Source of the DNA: the human T2T-CHM13v2.0 reference genome, Homo sapiens
DNA length: 64,000 bases
Strand: one strand, 5' to 3'
Assembly: GCF_009914755.1 (NCBI RefSeq)
Contig: NC_060925.1
Part shown: one piece after another, positions 40,627 through 56,086 of the stretch
How the letters are laid out: every line of letters starts with the position of its first letter
How positions within the stretch are numbered: the stretch's first letter is position 1
Notes under the pieces: generated by a model
What the model saw: only the letters and a program-made list of their open reading frames with translations
Told to the model about the DNA's origin: nothing
Databases searched by the model: none
Program-made: the position numbers and the translations under genes

Positions 40627-43371
40627 TGTAGCCAGAATGATCTTTCAAAGAGACAAATCCGATCCTGTAAGTCTTCTATTCAAAACTATCCAATGGTTGT
40701 CCATTCTTTTTGAAATTAGGCTTAAAATTTATAACACACTCTGGCCTCTGCTTCTCAAGCTTTACTTGGAGCCATTCGTCTCCATCATATTTCTGCTCCA
40801 ATGACTGGCCTACTTTCAGTTCCCAGAATGTGCCATGTTCCTTTTCACCTCAAGTCAAATGCTGTTGTCTCTGTGTGAGATCTTTTGCTGCTCCTTCTTC
40901 CCCATCATTTTATTCTTCTGGGTAATGTCTATTTATCCTTCAGAGCTCAATTCAAATGTCACTTTCTTAGAGAAATGTGCCCTGATCCCCAAAACTAGAT
41001 TAAGTCTCCCCATATTATATACTCATAATATTTTGTACGTTTCATATATCATAACTGTAATTACATGCACAGGGTCTTTAAAAGTTAATGTCTGGATTAT
41101 GTCAACTTTTGGCATTGCAGTCTATCTGCTGATCCATTTCTCAGTGAAATTATTGAAACTTATAAAGAAAACAGTTATTTTAAAGCCTTTGGAAATGGTC
41201 ATAAAGGCATACAATAAATGAAGAAAAACCTACAAAAGTTCAAGAAAACTTAGAAAAATATGCTAAGAAAAAGCAAGAGTCTGTAATACTTGAAACTGCT
41301 CCTGACCTCCCACTACTGAGCTCACTGAGACTGTTGCAACCAAATCTTGGCAACCAAGCCAAGAACACAAGGCTCCATCTTTCCTCAGCTCCTTGTTGGA
41401 ATTCTTTCTTCTCAGGAATACAGAAGGAGAGGAGAGAGAGAAAGAAACAGAAAAATATTCAAAGAAACAGTAGCAGAGAACTCCCCCAATTTATTGAAAA
41501 ACAATAAGCTGCACAGCCAGAAAGCTCAGTGAACTCCAAGTAGGATAAACACAAAGAAATTCATAGGCACATAATAATAAAAATACTGTCAGTCAAGTAC
41601 AAGGAGAAAATCTTGAAATCAGCTACAGAAAAACCACTCATTATTTACAAGGAAGCTCCAGTGAGATTAACATCTTCTCTGTGGGGGAAAAAAAAAGGAA
41701 GCCAGGAGACAATAGGATAACATACTGAAAGTACTCCGGAAAAAATCCAAAAAAACCCAAAAAAACTGTCAACCAAACATCTTATGTCTAACAAAGCTAT
41801 CTTTGTTGAGATATAAGCAAAATCAGAATGATATAAAGATATTTCCAGAGAAACAAAAACTGAGACAAATTGTCACCAGCAGACTTGCCGTAGAGGAAAT
41901 ACTAAAGGAAGTTCTTCAGGCTGAAAGCAAGTAACTCCAGACAGTAATTCAAATCCAAATGAAAAAAAACAAAGAGCTCCAGTAAAGCTAATTATGTAAT
42001 TTTAAAAGATAGTATAAATGCTTATTTTCTCCTTTCTTTTTCTAATTGAAAAAGCAATTGCATAAAATAATATGTATATTATTATTGTTGGGCTCATAAC
42101 ATATAGAAACGTAATATATCATAGTATATTTGCTAATTACGCACGAAAGACATGGGTGGGAATAAAGCTGTATTGGACTAAAGCAATGATTGTAAAGTAA
42201 TTATAGCAATGTATTAATATTATTGGGTTTATAATATTAATACATGTAATATCTATAACAATAAAGTGGAGAAAGAGAATAGAGCTGTATGGGAGTAAAA
42301 TTTCTATATCCCACTGCAATTAAATTAGAACAAATCTGAAGATGATTCTAGTGAGATATGTATGGTAAGCCATAGAGAAACGAGGAAACAATAGCTTTTT
42401 TAAAAAATGAAAAATAACTTTATTTAAATGTATTAGAAAATATTCACTTAATGCAAAAGAAAGCAGTAAAAGAAAAATAGAAGAACAACAACAAAACAAG
42501 AGATAAATAGAAAACAAAAGGTAAAATAGTAGATATAAATTCAGTTATGTCAATAACAACATGAAATGTGAAAGGATTACACAATCCAATCAAAAGCGCT
42601 TGTGAGACTGGATTAAAAATAAGAATCAACTATACGTTTTCTACAGGAGACACACTTTAAGAAATGCAAATAGGTTGTAAGTAAAAGGATGGAAAAACAT
42701 GTATCATACAAGGAGCAACAACAAGAAGGCTGAAGTGGCTATACTAACATCAGAGAAAATAGACTAAACAGTAACAACAAAGGAATCCTCTTATTAGAAA
42801 TAGAGGGGCATCCTCAATAAAATACTAGCAAATTGAATCCAGCAACATCTAAGTATTATAAACTATGACCATGTGGGATGTATCCCAGGAATGCTAGGTT
42901 GTTTGAACATAAGAAAATCAATGACGGTAATATATCATATTAATAGAATAAAGGAAAAAAACATGATTCTTCCAATAAACACAGAAAGAGCATTCGATGA
43001 GATTCAACACCTTTCATGATAAAAAACACTCAACAAGTAAATGGGAACTTTCTCAGCCTGATAAAGGCCATCAACAAACATCTACAGCTAATATCATACT
43101 TAATGAGGAAACATTAGATACTTTCCTCCTAATGTGAAAAAGATAAGGATGTTTGCTCTCACTACTTCTATTCAACATCTTCTTGGAAATTCTAACCAGG
43201 GCAATTAGGCAACATAAAGAAATAAAAAGCAACCAGATTGTAAACCAACAAGTAAAACTATTTCTGTTTGCAAGTGATATGTTCACATGTATGTAATCCT
43301 AAGAAATCCACTAAAATATACAGTAAATATATAACTTCACCTTGATTATGGGATACAAAATCAATGTATAG

Positions 43372-43704
<333 letters not shown>

Positions 43705-44126
43705 TGAATAATCCAAAAATTTAAGATAATTTTATTCATAAAACATCAAAAAGAATAAGATACTTAGGAATTTAATAAAAGAAGTGCAAAACCTTTGAAA
43801 ACCACAAAACACTATTGAAAGAAATTAAAGAAGATTTAAATAAATGGAAATGCACCCCATGTTCATTGATTAGAAGACTTAGTGTTGTTAAGATGTCAAC
43901 AATACTCACAAAATGGTCCACAGATTCAATACAATCCCTGTCAGAATCCCAGCTGACTTTTTTGTGGATATTGACAAACTGATTCTAAAATTTATATGGA
44001 ATTGCAAGCAACCCAGAATAGCCACAACAATCATAGGGGATAAAAAGAACACTTCTTAATGTCACAACTTAATACAAAGTAGTAGTAACCAATCAAGAAT
44101 CAAGACAGTGTGGTGCTGGCTCAGGG

Positions 44127-44129
<3 letters not shown>

Positions 44130-44162
<33 letters not shown>
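44130..44162. repeat. (GT)n microsatellite
   Basis: About 16 perfect GT units. Confidence 0.95.
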
Positions 44163-44165
<3 letters not shown>

Positions 44166-44261
44166 AATAAAATCAAGTGTCTAATAAAACTAATCGATTT
44201 TCGACAAGGTTATCAAGACCACTCATCATAAGAGTATAATAACTTTATAAAAATTAATGTA

Positions 44262-44569
44262 GGCTGGGCATGGTGGCTCACGCCTGTAATCCCTGCACTT
44301 TGGAAAACCAAGGCAGGTGGCTGCCCACGTGCTTGAGCCCAGGAGTTCAAGATCAACCTAGGTAACATGGCAAAACCCCACCTCTACCAAAAATACAAAA
44401 AATTAGGCTTGGTGGCGTGTGCTTGTAGTCCCAGGTACTCAGGAGGCTGAGGTGGGAGAATCACCTGAGCCCGTGAGTTGAGGCTGCAATGAGCCATGAT
44501 CATGCCACTGCATTCTAGCCTGGGCAACAGAGTGAGACCCTGTCTCAAAAAAGAAAAAAAAAAAAAAAA
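44262..44569 (+). mobile_element. AluJ
   Basis: Diverged Alu with cttgagcccaggagttc and gaggctgcaatgagccatgatc. Confidence 0.9.
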
Positions 44570-44719
44570 GAATTGATACATAGCTAAATCTTAATGACCT
44601 TGGATTGGCAAAGTATTTCTAGAAGTGACATCAAAAGCATGAAGAACAAAAGAAAAAATAAATAATTGGACTTCATCAATATTTAAAACAAAACGATACC
44701 ATCAAGACAGTGAAAGGAG

Positions 44720-45071
<352 letters not shown>

Positions 45072-45813
45072 TTACCTAATTTGGGACTTGTATCCATAAC
45101 ATATAAAAACTCTTACATCTCAATAATAAAAAGACAAGCCAATTTTAAAAACAGGCAAAGGATCTGAGTAGATAGTTCTCTAAGGATGGTATACAAATAG
45201 CCAGTAAGCACATGAAAAGATGCTCAGCATCATTAATCATTAGGGAAATACAAATCAATACAACAGTGAGATACCACATCTTGCTATTAGGATATCTAGA
45301 ATCAAAAAGTCAGATAATAACAAGTGTTGACTTGTATGTGGAGAAATTTTAACCCTTCTACATTGCTGACATAAAATCGTGTAGCTGCTTTGAAAGACTG
45401 CCTGGCAGTTCTTCAAACAATTAAAATAACATTACTAAATCACTCAGCAATTCCACTCCAAGTTATATAACCAAGAGAAATGAAAACGTATGTCCTCATA
45501 AAAATTCATACATGAATGTTTATAGCCGCATTATTCATAAGTGCCAAAAGGTGGAAACAACCCAAATGTTCATCAACTGATGAATGTATAAATAAAATGT
45601 AGTATATCTATACAATAGAATAATAATCAGCCCTAAAAAGAATGTAGTACTAACACTTTCTAAACACGAATCTTGATTATATTATGTTAAGTGAAAGACC
45701 ACACATATTATATGATTCCATTCATATGAAGTATCCAGACTATGGAAATATAGAGACAGGAAGCAGATTAGTAGTTTCTTAGGGCCGAGGGGGATGGGTG
45801 GATGGATGTGTAA

Positions 45814-46102
<289 letters not shown>

Positions 46103-46284
46103 TGAAACTTCTTTTTGAGCTGACAAGAATGTTCTAAAATCGTCTATGTTGATTGCACATATCTGTGAATAAAGTACAGACTGTTGAATTGTACACTTTA
46201 AATGGCTAAATTATGTGCTATGTTAGTTGTATCTTCATAAAGCTGTTATTAAAAGATGTCCGTCTTCCTAGGTAAACTACATGT

Positions 46285-46560
46285 TTTGTTTTGTTTTTAG
46301 AGGCCAAGTCTCTCTCTGTCACTCACTGGACAGTGCAGTGGTGTGAACACAGCTCACTGTAGCCTTGGCCTCCAGGCCTGCCTTAGCCTCCCCAGTAGCT
46401 GGGACTACAGGTGTGTGCTCCCATGCCCAGCTAATATTTTAATTTTTTTTGTTGAGATGGGATCTCACTTTGTTGTCCATGCTGGTCTTGAAATACTGGG
46501 CCCAAGTCATCCTCCCTCCTTGGCCTCTCAAAGTGCTGAGATTACGGGGATGGGTCACTC
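46285..46560 (-). mobile_element. Degenerate AluJ
   Basis: cagctcactgtagccttg...agtagctgggactacagg...ctcaaagtgctgagattac. Confidence 0.8.
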
Positions 46561-46776
46561 CCCCCTGCATGTTTTGATATCACTAGTGATGTTTATTTTG
46601 TTAATCATTGTATTTAGACTTCAGAGTGTAGAGTACAGCCATAAACAACCTTAACAGTTTGAATTACTGAAAAATAATCTTTTATTTTAGACCTAATGAT
46701 CTTACAAATGACCTGAAATGTAAGGTTTGTTTTGCCTTCGTCACAGATGTAAATTTTGTTTTAAAAATATATTTGA

Positions 46777-47055
46777 GGCCAGGCGCGTTGGCTCACGCCT
46801 GTAATCCCAGCATTTTGGGAAGCCGAGGTGGGTGGAACACGAGGTTAGGAGTTCAAGACCAGCCTGGCCAAGATGGTGAAACTCCGTCTCTACTAAAAAT
46901 ACAAAAAAATTAGCCGGGCGTGGTGGCTGGCGCCTGTAATCCCAGCCACTTGGGAGGCTGAGACAGAGAATTGCTTGAACCGGAGAGGCGGAGGTTGCAG
47001 TGAGCCGAGATCACGCCACTGCACTCCAGCCTGGGCGACAGAGCGAGACTCGTCT

Positions 47056-47115
<60 letters not shown>
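46777..47115 (+). mobile_element. AluSg/Sx-like with long A tail followed by (TA)n
   Basis: Full Alu; A-run of about 30, then about 15 TA units. Confidence 0.93.
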
Positions 47116-47118
<3 letters not shown>

Positions 47119-48339
47119 AATAATTTTAGCAAACTGGAAGATTCAAGAAAGTCTGGCACCTTTTATCTAATGTGTGTTTCTAGTTTTATTTTTCCCTACA
47201 GTCTTGACTTTTGTTAAGAATTGTAGAGTTCTCATTAACACTATTAGGTGAATCGTTCATACAAAGTTTTTAAAAAGTCTTCCAAATAAGAAAAAACAAA
47301 TTCACTTACAGGTAAAATATTTCCCATTATTTTATTTCCTTAAGTCAAACTCTATATCCTAAATAACTAACTTCACTAAAATATCAAGAGTATTTTATAA
47401 AGGACTTGCTGGATTAACTGACATGATTAATTCCCCCAAATTTCTCCACTCCTTCTGTGAAACCTACTGACTGATGCTAATGGTGCATTGAACATGTTGG
47501 AGAGGACTGCTCTTCAACATGCCCACTTACTTCTGCACCCATCAGTTGTAAGCTTATCATAAATCAGTGATTTGTTCCCAAATTTGGCAGTTTGTTCTTG
47601 TTATTGTACTTAGACTGATATTCAGTGTTTAATAAATTGATGAACTGTGAATGCTAAATAGAAATTGTTGTTGTTCTATAATCTTGGCGTTAGAACAGTC
47701 TGAATGTGAGATGCAGTAAGGAGAAGAGCCAGAAGGTGTGGAGGTCATTCTATTCATACAGCTCCGAGCTCCTTGCTGCTGCCATCATTATTAAACAGCT
47801 CTTTGGAACTCTCTAATTTTAGTCTCTGTGAATTCTCCCTTTTTTCCTTGCCAGTTTCCAATCTGTATTTTGAGAAATACTTGATTAAAATATTTATCTC
47901 CTAAGTAGAAAAATAAGAACTCTGGAATTGTCCAAACCCTCATGTTTGTAACTCATGGAAAACAAATAAATTTGATGTGAGCATAATATAAATATTTAGG
48001 CCTACCTCTGGATAGGTATTAGAGAAGAGCTTAGCTACAGACGTTTATAACAACTTAGCTCTACATATCTTTTTTTGTATACCTTTATAAAGACATACAA
48101 CCTTTTTGACTTTTAACAATAATATAATCACCCCATATTCCACCTGTGTTTTTATGTTGCAGTAGTTACTCCAGCTAACACAAACAAGTTTATATACTGA
48201 ATTTTTATATGTGAGTTCAAGGTGAATAGTAAGTAAAGAAAAGTAACTTTTCCAGGAAATGCACATAAGTGCTCTGTGTTACTAAAAGAGTACTTCATAA
48301 CACAGAGGAACATAACTGTAAGGATTAATTAGAAGTGTT

Positions 48340-48629
48340 GGATGGGCGTGGTGACTCAACGCGTGTAATCCCAGCATTTTGGGAGGCTGGTGGATCACGA
48401 GATCAGGAGTTAAAGACCAGCCTGGCCAAGATGGTGAAACCCCGTCTCTACTAAAAATACAAAAAAAGTAGCCTGGTGTGGTGGTGGGCGCCTGTCATCC
48501 CAGCTACTCAGGAGGCTGAGGCAGAGAATTGCTTGAACCTGGGAGGTGGAGGTTGCAGTGAGTTGAGATTGCACCACTGTACTCCAGCCTGGGTGACAGA
48601 GTGAGACTGTCTCAAAAAAAAAAAAAAAA
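48340..48629 (+). mobile_element. AluSg-like
   Basis: Full Alu; TSD aagtgttg. Confidence 0.92.
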
Positions 48630-49000
48630 GTGTTGATGTGCTTTGCATTACAAAAAATCTATATCATGAAGTTTTCTTAAAGGACTCCAGCCTAGCTAGC
48701 CTTTTGAGAGTCTCTCTATTAGGGGCCTGCTAGGGCTATTTAAATTCTTAATCCTCTTTTTTTGGTGTCATTATATTAAGAATATAAAGACGAATAATTG
48801 AATGATTGAGGAATATTCCAAGTATATTATTTGGAGGAATTATTAGCAAAATCAGTATCCTTTCTCTGCTGAAAACAGTGACTAAAAAGAGAAAGTGGGC
48901 AGGCTCCTTGTATTGTTAGGAAGGTCGTGCTCTTGGGCTTTGTATAAATGCAGGGTATTTAAAGTTCCCAGTATCCTTGGAAACACAAACTGTTTATAAT

Positions 49001-49031
49001 ACCAATTGGTGCTTGTGTTTCAGTGACGTCA
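49001..49031. promoter_or_regulatory. Candidate CCAAT palindrome plus full CRE
   Basis: accaattggt at 49001-49010 and TGACGTCA at 49024-49031 in unique sequence; motif evidence only. Confidence 0.25.
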
Positions 49032-49964
49032 TACAATTTACAGATCCACACAATGAACGTCTTGTTTGTGGACCTACAGAGGAGTTCAGATAGTTTTGGA
49101 AAAGCAACTGAATGCCCATAGGATTTAAGGCTTAATTTGTGTGTGTGTTTTCTCAGGCTTTAATTTTAAGAAAGAGTGACAACCTTACTTTTCCTTCTTT
49201 AAATCTTACGAGTTTGGATTCAGCTTTTTTAAAAATAGCAAAAGATGTCACCCATCAAATTTGTCATTGTTTTATATTCTTGTGATTGCATTTGAGAAGT
49301 ATATACACATTTTTGTACCAATTGAAACCTGTAGAGAAATAGATGAAGAAGATCAATTACTCCTCTCAAGTTTAGCCATCAACTGTGAGTGGTAAGAGAC
49401 TTTTAGAGCTGGGCGTATTTGATAACTGGTTAGAGTAAAACAGTGCTATTAAAAAGATTTTTTTCTCTCTTCTCATCCCCCCTGCCCCCCACTCATTTTT
49501 TTTTTTTTTTTTAAATCTGAGAGGGAATTGGTAGACTGACCTAAATGGTGTACATTAAGCTGAACAAATAGACCTAAATAACAGAAAGTGTTTTGGCCCT
49601 TATATTTCATTTCTGCTTGTAACTGCTTCTCTAGCCAAAAGGCTCTGGATTTGTTGTCTTTTCCTTTGTAAAGTTTGTATTAAGAATAATATGTAGATTT
49701 TTGGCACAGCAATATAACTAGAGTCTGTCTGATGGTATCAGATGGAAATATGTTTTTGTTAGAGCAAATCTGTGCAGTACTTTTTTTCCTCAGAATATTT
49801 CCAAGGAAAGGTTTATTTACATTCATCATATAATCCTGAAGACCATTCACAGTTTAAATCAGTTTTTTCTATCAGATTTTATTACAATATTTTTACCATC
49901 TGAACATTTTCAATAGGAGTAACAAATGAACCCATTGTTTCAGATGTGTGAAGTTAAAATAATA

Positions 49965-50215
49965 ACAAGTGCTATTATTTATTGAGGGCTTTACAGTATG
50001 CCAAGCACTGTTTGTAATGCTTGATATTTCTCACTTAATCTTCACCACATTCCTACATAGTAGAAACCACATTATTCCATTTTAAAGATGAGAAAACTGG
50101 AGCTCTAAGAAGTTAAGTATCTTGACTAGAGTCACATGGCTGGCAAGTGATAGGATGGGAATTCCTTTTCAGGCAGTCTGACTCCAAAGTCTGTGCTCTT
50201 AACCACTTGACCTTC
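49965..50215 (-). mobile_element. MIR (near full length)
   Basis: tttattgagggctttac..ccattttaaagatgagaaaactg...gcagtctgactccaaagtctgtgctcttaaccact. Confidence 0.85.
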
Positions 50216-50424
50216 ATGCTTCTCAAGAATGATAATAATCAGAGTTAACATTTACTGAGTACTTTTCTGTGTTCCAGAAATTGCTCTCAACTCTTTCTGG
50301 TGTGTTAACTTATTGAATCAAATAACCTAAGTTGAGGACATGGGTCTTGCCAGGGTTTCAGTTTGACTCTGAGCCTCCCTTTGCCAAACGTTTGTGGTTT
50401 GGTAACTTCTTCTCTAAAATCGTT

Positions 50425-50555
50425 TAAAAAAAAAAATTGAGACAGGGTCTCACTATTTTGCCTAGGCTGGATTTGAATTCCTGGACTCAAGCGATCCTCC
50501 CCCATCAGCCTCCTGAATAGTTGGGATTACAGGCCATATGCCACCATGCTGGGCC
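50425..50555 (-). mobile_element. FLAM / Alu monomer
   Basis: gagacagggtctcactattttgcctaggctgg...ctcaagcgatcctcc. Confidence 0.8.
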
Positions 50556-51149
50556 TCAAAGATCTTTGAAAATAATTTGTGTCTGCTGAAAATCTGTATT
50601 GAGTTGTGTTAAACAACTCCATAGGAATTCTAGCAGAGGTCAGCGTGTGCCATTGTGCTCTGAGTTAGTATTACCTTCCTTCTGGTATATTTAGGTACTC
50701 TTACTTTTCTTATGGGAGAAATAAAAATTTTAGAGAGTTATGCAGAAGTCTAAGTTTGAACCTAATATTTCAAGTGCTGCTTAGATATTTATAAGGGAAA
50801 GATTAAATACCTTGTAACCAGCATTTCTTTTCTGATTGTTTAAGTTAAAGCAGTGGATGTACATAGTTAAAAAGTCAGTTCTGCGAGGATTTAAATGAAA
50901 ATGATCATTCACTTTCCCTATCTCTACCCGTTGCCTCAGCTAGTTTCTGCTCCACAGAGGCATCCATTGTCAACTCTTTCAGAGGTTTCTTTCACTATTT
51001 ACCATCATATTTTAAATAACTCATGTATTCACGTACGCATACATGAAACCAAGATAGACTTATACAGTTTTAAACATTCTTTGTTTGGAATTGCCTTCTA
51101 CTTGTAATCTATTTCTAAAATTCTCTCTAAACCCTCATGCACAAAACTG

Positions 51150-51801
51150 TGATGTTATCCCCTTGTATAATTTAGAAAATCAGAGGTTCTTACAACCCCC
51201 TCTCAGATTTGATAATTTGCTATAGTGGCTCTCAGAACTCAGGGAAACAGTATATAGTACTTACTATTATCAGTTTACCAAAAGGATATCATAGAGGACA
51301 CAAATGAACAGCCAGATGAGGAAGTATATAGGGCAAGGTCTGGAAGATTTCTAAGGGCAGGTACTTCTGTCCCTATGGAGTTTTAGGGTATACCAGCATC
51401 CTGGCATGTGGATGTATTCACCAACCTGGGAGCTCTCTGAACCCCACTGTTTAGAGTTTTAATGGAACTCTATTACATAGATATGATTGATTAAATCATT
51501 GGCCATTGGTGATTAGCTCAATCTCCAGCCTCATTTCTTCCATGGGGGTGTGGGTTACATCTGAAAGTTCCAACCCTCTAATCACAGGGTTGGTTCCTCT
51601 GGCAACCAGCCCCCATTTGGGGGCCACTAAGAGTCAACTCATTAGTATAAACTTAAGTAAATTTGAAAGGGACTTACTATGAATAACAAAAGATGCTTCT
51701 CCAACTGATTACTCTAGAAATTCTAAGGATTTTAGCAGTTCTGTGCTAGGAACCGGGGACAAAGACCAAATATGTATTTCTTATTATATCAGAATATCAC
51801 A
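51150..51801. mobile_element. MER21-like LTR
   Basis: gataatttgctatagtggctctcagaactcagggaaac; tgattaaatcattggccattggtgat; tttcttattatatcagaatatcaca end. Confidence 0.75.
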
Positions 51802-51942
51802 CTTGCCCCAAATCATCTGTAATACATGGAAGATTTGAATCTAGTTATCTGACTATACCACTAAATTAGTGTTTTCATATAACTCACATTTGGCCTTGTT
51901 CAAATGTTCAAATGGAACTATATAGTCATGGTTCCCTCCTTT

Positions 51943-52101
51943 TGTTGTTGTTGTTTTTGGTTTTTTGGTTTTTGTTGAGACAGAGTCTTCCTCTGTCACC
52001 CAGGCTGGTGTGCAGTAGCACGATCTTGGCTCACTGCAACCTCCGCCTCCTGGGTTCAAGCAGTTCCCCTGCCTCAGCCTCCCAAATAGCTGGAATTACA
52101 G
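51943..52101 (-). mobile_element. Alu right-arm fragment
   Basis: gagacagagtcttcctctgtcacccaggctgg...tagctggaattacag. Confidence 0.85.
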
Positions 52102-52129
52102 TTTCCCTCCTTTTCAATGCCCAAATAAT

Positions 52130-53130
52130 TAATAATAGAAAAACGTTATTATTGTATGCCAGTATGTGCAAAGTGCTTTGTTAAGCACTCAGTATGCATT
52201 ATCTCATTTGAACCTCAAAAAACTCCCTAAAAGAGTAGGTATTTTTATAGTCCCTATTCATAGATGAGGAGATTGAGGTTCAATTAGGTTGAGTAATTTG
52301 TCCAGTCTTTTTCAAGTAAACTTTTTATGAAAGGATAATGTACACAAAGTACATAAATTGTATAGCTTGATGTATGGCTTGATGAATTTGCATAAAGGGG
52401 CATATCTGTGTAATTTATACCCTGCTCAAGAAACAGAACATTATTACCATCTCAGAAGCCCACTTATGTCCTGTCCCAGACACTTCACCTGCAAACAGTG
52501 ACTACTAAACTGACTTTTAATACTATAGATTAGGTTTACCCAATTTTGATGTTTAAACAAAATTACACATCTTTTGTATCTTTTTTTGCTCAACGTTATA
52601 TTTGTGAGAGTCAAACATATTGTTTTCTATAGTTATAGTTCTTTCATTCTCCCTGGTATATAGTATTTCATTTTATGAATTACCAAAATTTATCCATTTT
52701 ACTGTTGGTTTTTATTTTGGATTGTTTCTAGCTTTTGGCAATTTTGAATAGTGCTGGCATGTATGTTCTTATACATGTCTTTTGACTAAAACATGTCCAC
52801 ATTTCTGTTGGGTATATATCTAGGAGTAGAATTGCTAGATATGTATACGTTTGGTTTTAGTTAATATTGTCCAACAGTTTTCAAAAGTGATTTTACCAAT
52901 TTATACTCTCACCCTCAGATCCTTCAATTCCTCAACAATACTTAGTATCTTTTTCATTTTAGCCATTCTAGTGGGTATGTAGTGCTATCTCACTGTGGCC
53001 TTAATTTGCATTTCCCTGATGAGTAATGAAGTTGAGCATCTTTTTACATGTTAAATGGACATTTGGATATTCTTTTTTGTGAAGTGAGCATTCAAGTCTT
53101 TTGCCTGTATTCAGCTGGTTTGTCTGCCCT
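52130..53130 (-). mobile_element. MIR (to ~52305) followed by an old L1ME-like 3' end
   Basis: gcattatctcatttgaacctca...agatgaggagattgagg; then aagaaacagaacattatt...ttaatttgcatttccctgatg. Confidence 0.7.
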
Positions 53131-53187
53131 TGTTTCTTTTTTCTCATACCATTTACACTTGGTTTTACTGGACAGCCTTATTCATTT

Positions 53188-53825
53188 TGATACGGCTCCA
53201 ATGAGTGGAGGAACACCAGGGCTCTTGTCTCACACCAAATTCGATAAGACGACATGGACACACGTGGAGTGGTTTTAAGTAGCAGAGAGTTTAATAGGCA
53301 AGAAAGAAGAGGGAAGAAAGAAGGAAGAAGCTACCCTGTACAGAGACAGAGGGAGGGGGCCTCCAAAGCTGAGAGGAGACCTCAAGTGCGGCAGAAACCA
53401 GCCAGGTATATGAAGAGGCTGGAAGAGGCAGTGTCTTATTTGCATAGGGCTCAGGGGATTGGTTTGATCAGGCATGTCATTCATGTAGCCTGTGGGAAAA
53501 AACTGGCCCTCCCACCCTAGCCTTTTAATATGCAAATGCAGAGTGCCATGAGTTTCTATACACTTGGGGAAATGGGGGGCAGCCATGTTGCCAGGCACAT
53601 GTGGGGGCAAAGGCAAGAGAACAAGGGTAGGAATCGCCATGCTGGGCGGACCCAGTTTCTAATGGCTGGCATTTGTATATCAAAGGTTTCCAGCCCAGCT
53701 CTAAGAGCTGGGCTTTCCTGCTAGACAAGAAATGTTTCTGAAGCTGCTTCGAAAGAGACAAAAACTTTCCAAGGACCCCTTTTCCTCTCCTATCTGCCTA
53801 AAATAATTTCTTAACTCCTACCACA
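53188..53825 (-). mobile_element. ERV1 solo LTR (MER61-like)
   Basis: TG...CA termini; minus-strand start tgtggtaggagttaagaaattattttaggcagatag...aggggtccttggaaag. Confidence 0.8.
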
Positions 53826-54322
53826 TTTTTGTCAGTCTATCCATCCTTTTCTTAACAGATTACATTGACTTTCTCCATCCCTGTTCCCTTTTTCTGAAGA
53901 AAGAACTTTAGACTCTTCTAGCATTTTATTTCGGCATTTACATATCTCTCTTAATTCCAAATAATATACATACACTGTTGCTTTTTTATTCATCCATTTT
54001 AGACCTTTTTACTGATTTCCTATTATGGCGGATGAGGATTTAGCTATCACATAAAACCATTCCAACTTCCTCACTATAGTTTTTGGTGATTGGTTGGTTT
54101 GTTTTTATCAGTATTCAATGTTTGTATTATTATGCCATGCTGAGTATGGTTGAATATCATTATTATTTTTCCTTCCTTTTTTTTTTTTTGAAGTTTGTAA
54201 TTGCCCTTTTTTCCTGTTTGTTTAGTTTTCTTATTACTTATTCTTCTCAGACCTTACTGTAATATTGCATTATATTTTTACTCAAGGTCGATAATACCAG
54301 GTAACGTATCAGATCTAGTGTC

Positions 54323-54475
54323 TTTTTTTTTTTTTTTTTGAGAGGGAGTCTTGCTCTGTCGCCCAGCTGGAATGCAGGGCTCACTGCAATCTCCACCTCC
54401 TGAATTCAAGCTATTCCCCTGCCTCAGCCTCCAGAGGATGGTCTCAATCTCCTGACCTCGTGATCACCCACCTCA
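54323..54475 (-). mobile_element. Alu with internal deletion and 5' truncation
   Basis: Right arm joined directly to gatggtctcaatctcctgacctcgtgatc; TSD cagatctagtgt on both sides. Confidence 0.8.
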
Positions 54476-54714
54476 GATCTAGTGTTATTTTGCTTTCTTT
54501 TCTTTTTTCTTGGAAACATTCCTCATGGAGCCCTCCTCTTCTTACCTTTAGGCCTATTTCCTGAATAGCTATCATTTTAGGAGTTTCTTTTGCTGTCATT
54601 CTTGGAATTCCTTTTGCCTTTTTCATAGGTTGTATTCCTCGTTGTGTGGATCTTCCTCTCTTTTTTTACTTACTTCCTTGCTTTGTTCAAGCATATCCTC
54701 CAGTAGTTAGTTGT

Positions 54715-55458
<744 letters not shown>

Positions 55459-55683
55459 TCCTTCAATAGTTTTTAAAGATGGCACATAGGCAGAAAAGCA
55501 TGGTATGACAGCCTTCAGCCTGCCAGTCTCTTTAACCATACTGCTGCAATCAGGACTGGTGGATAGTTATCAACCTCCTATTCTTATTCATTGTCATGTT
55601 GAGATACTACTTGCTTCTCTCCTGTATTGGAGCACCTGTTTTTTTAAATACTGTATGCTTTTTGTTTTCTTGGTTTACTTTCT

Positions 55684-56057
55684 ATTATGAACTGAGTGTG
55701 TCTCCCCAAAGTTATTTTATGTTGAAGCCTTCTATCTGAGTGTGCTGTATTTGGACATAGGACCTGTGAGGAAAGTGATAAAGATTAAATGAGGTAATAA
55801 GGGTGGGACCTTAATTTAATAGGGCCGTTGCCCTTATAAAGAAGGGGAGAGGCTCCAGTGATCTCTCTTCCCCATGTGAGGACACAGTGAGAAGGTGGCC
55901 ATCTGTAAGCCAAGAAAGAGCCCTCATCAGGAACTAAATTGGCCAGTACCTTGATCTTGGACTTCATAACCTCCAGAACTATGTGAATATAAATTTGTGT
56001 TGTTTAACTCACACCGTCTATAATATTTTGTTAAGGCAGCCTGAGCAGACTAAGACA
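55684..56057 (+). mobile_element. MLT1A-like MaLR LTR
   Basis: atgaactgagtgtgtctcccc...ccttgatcttggacttc..cctccagaact...gcagactaagaca. Confidence 0.85.
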
Positions 56058-56086
56058 TTCCCCCATTTTGAAGGAGGACATCTTCT

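Larger units (their letters stand above)
39450..41070 (+). mobile_element. L2 fragment interrupted by MLT1 and LTR7
   Basis: gcctggattaccgtagcagcctc; gccagaatgatctttcaaa; ccttcagagctcaattcaaatgtcactttc. Confidence 0.65.

Noticed and set aside
53048-53761. Cluster of overlapping ORFs
   Set aside because: Falls within a GC-richer MER61-like LTR and adjacent L1 relic.
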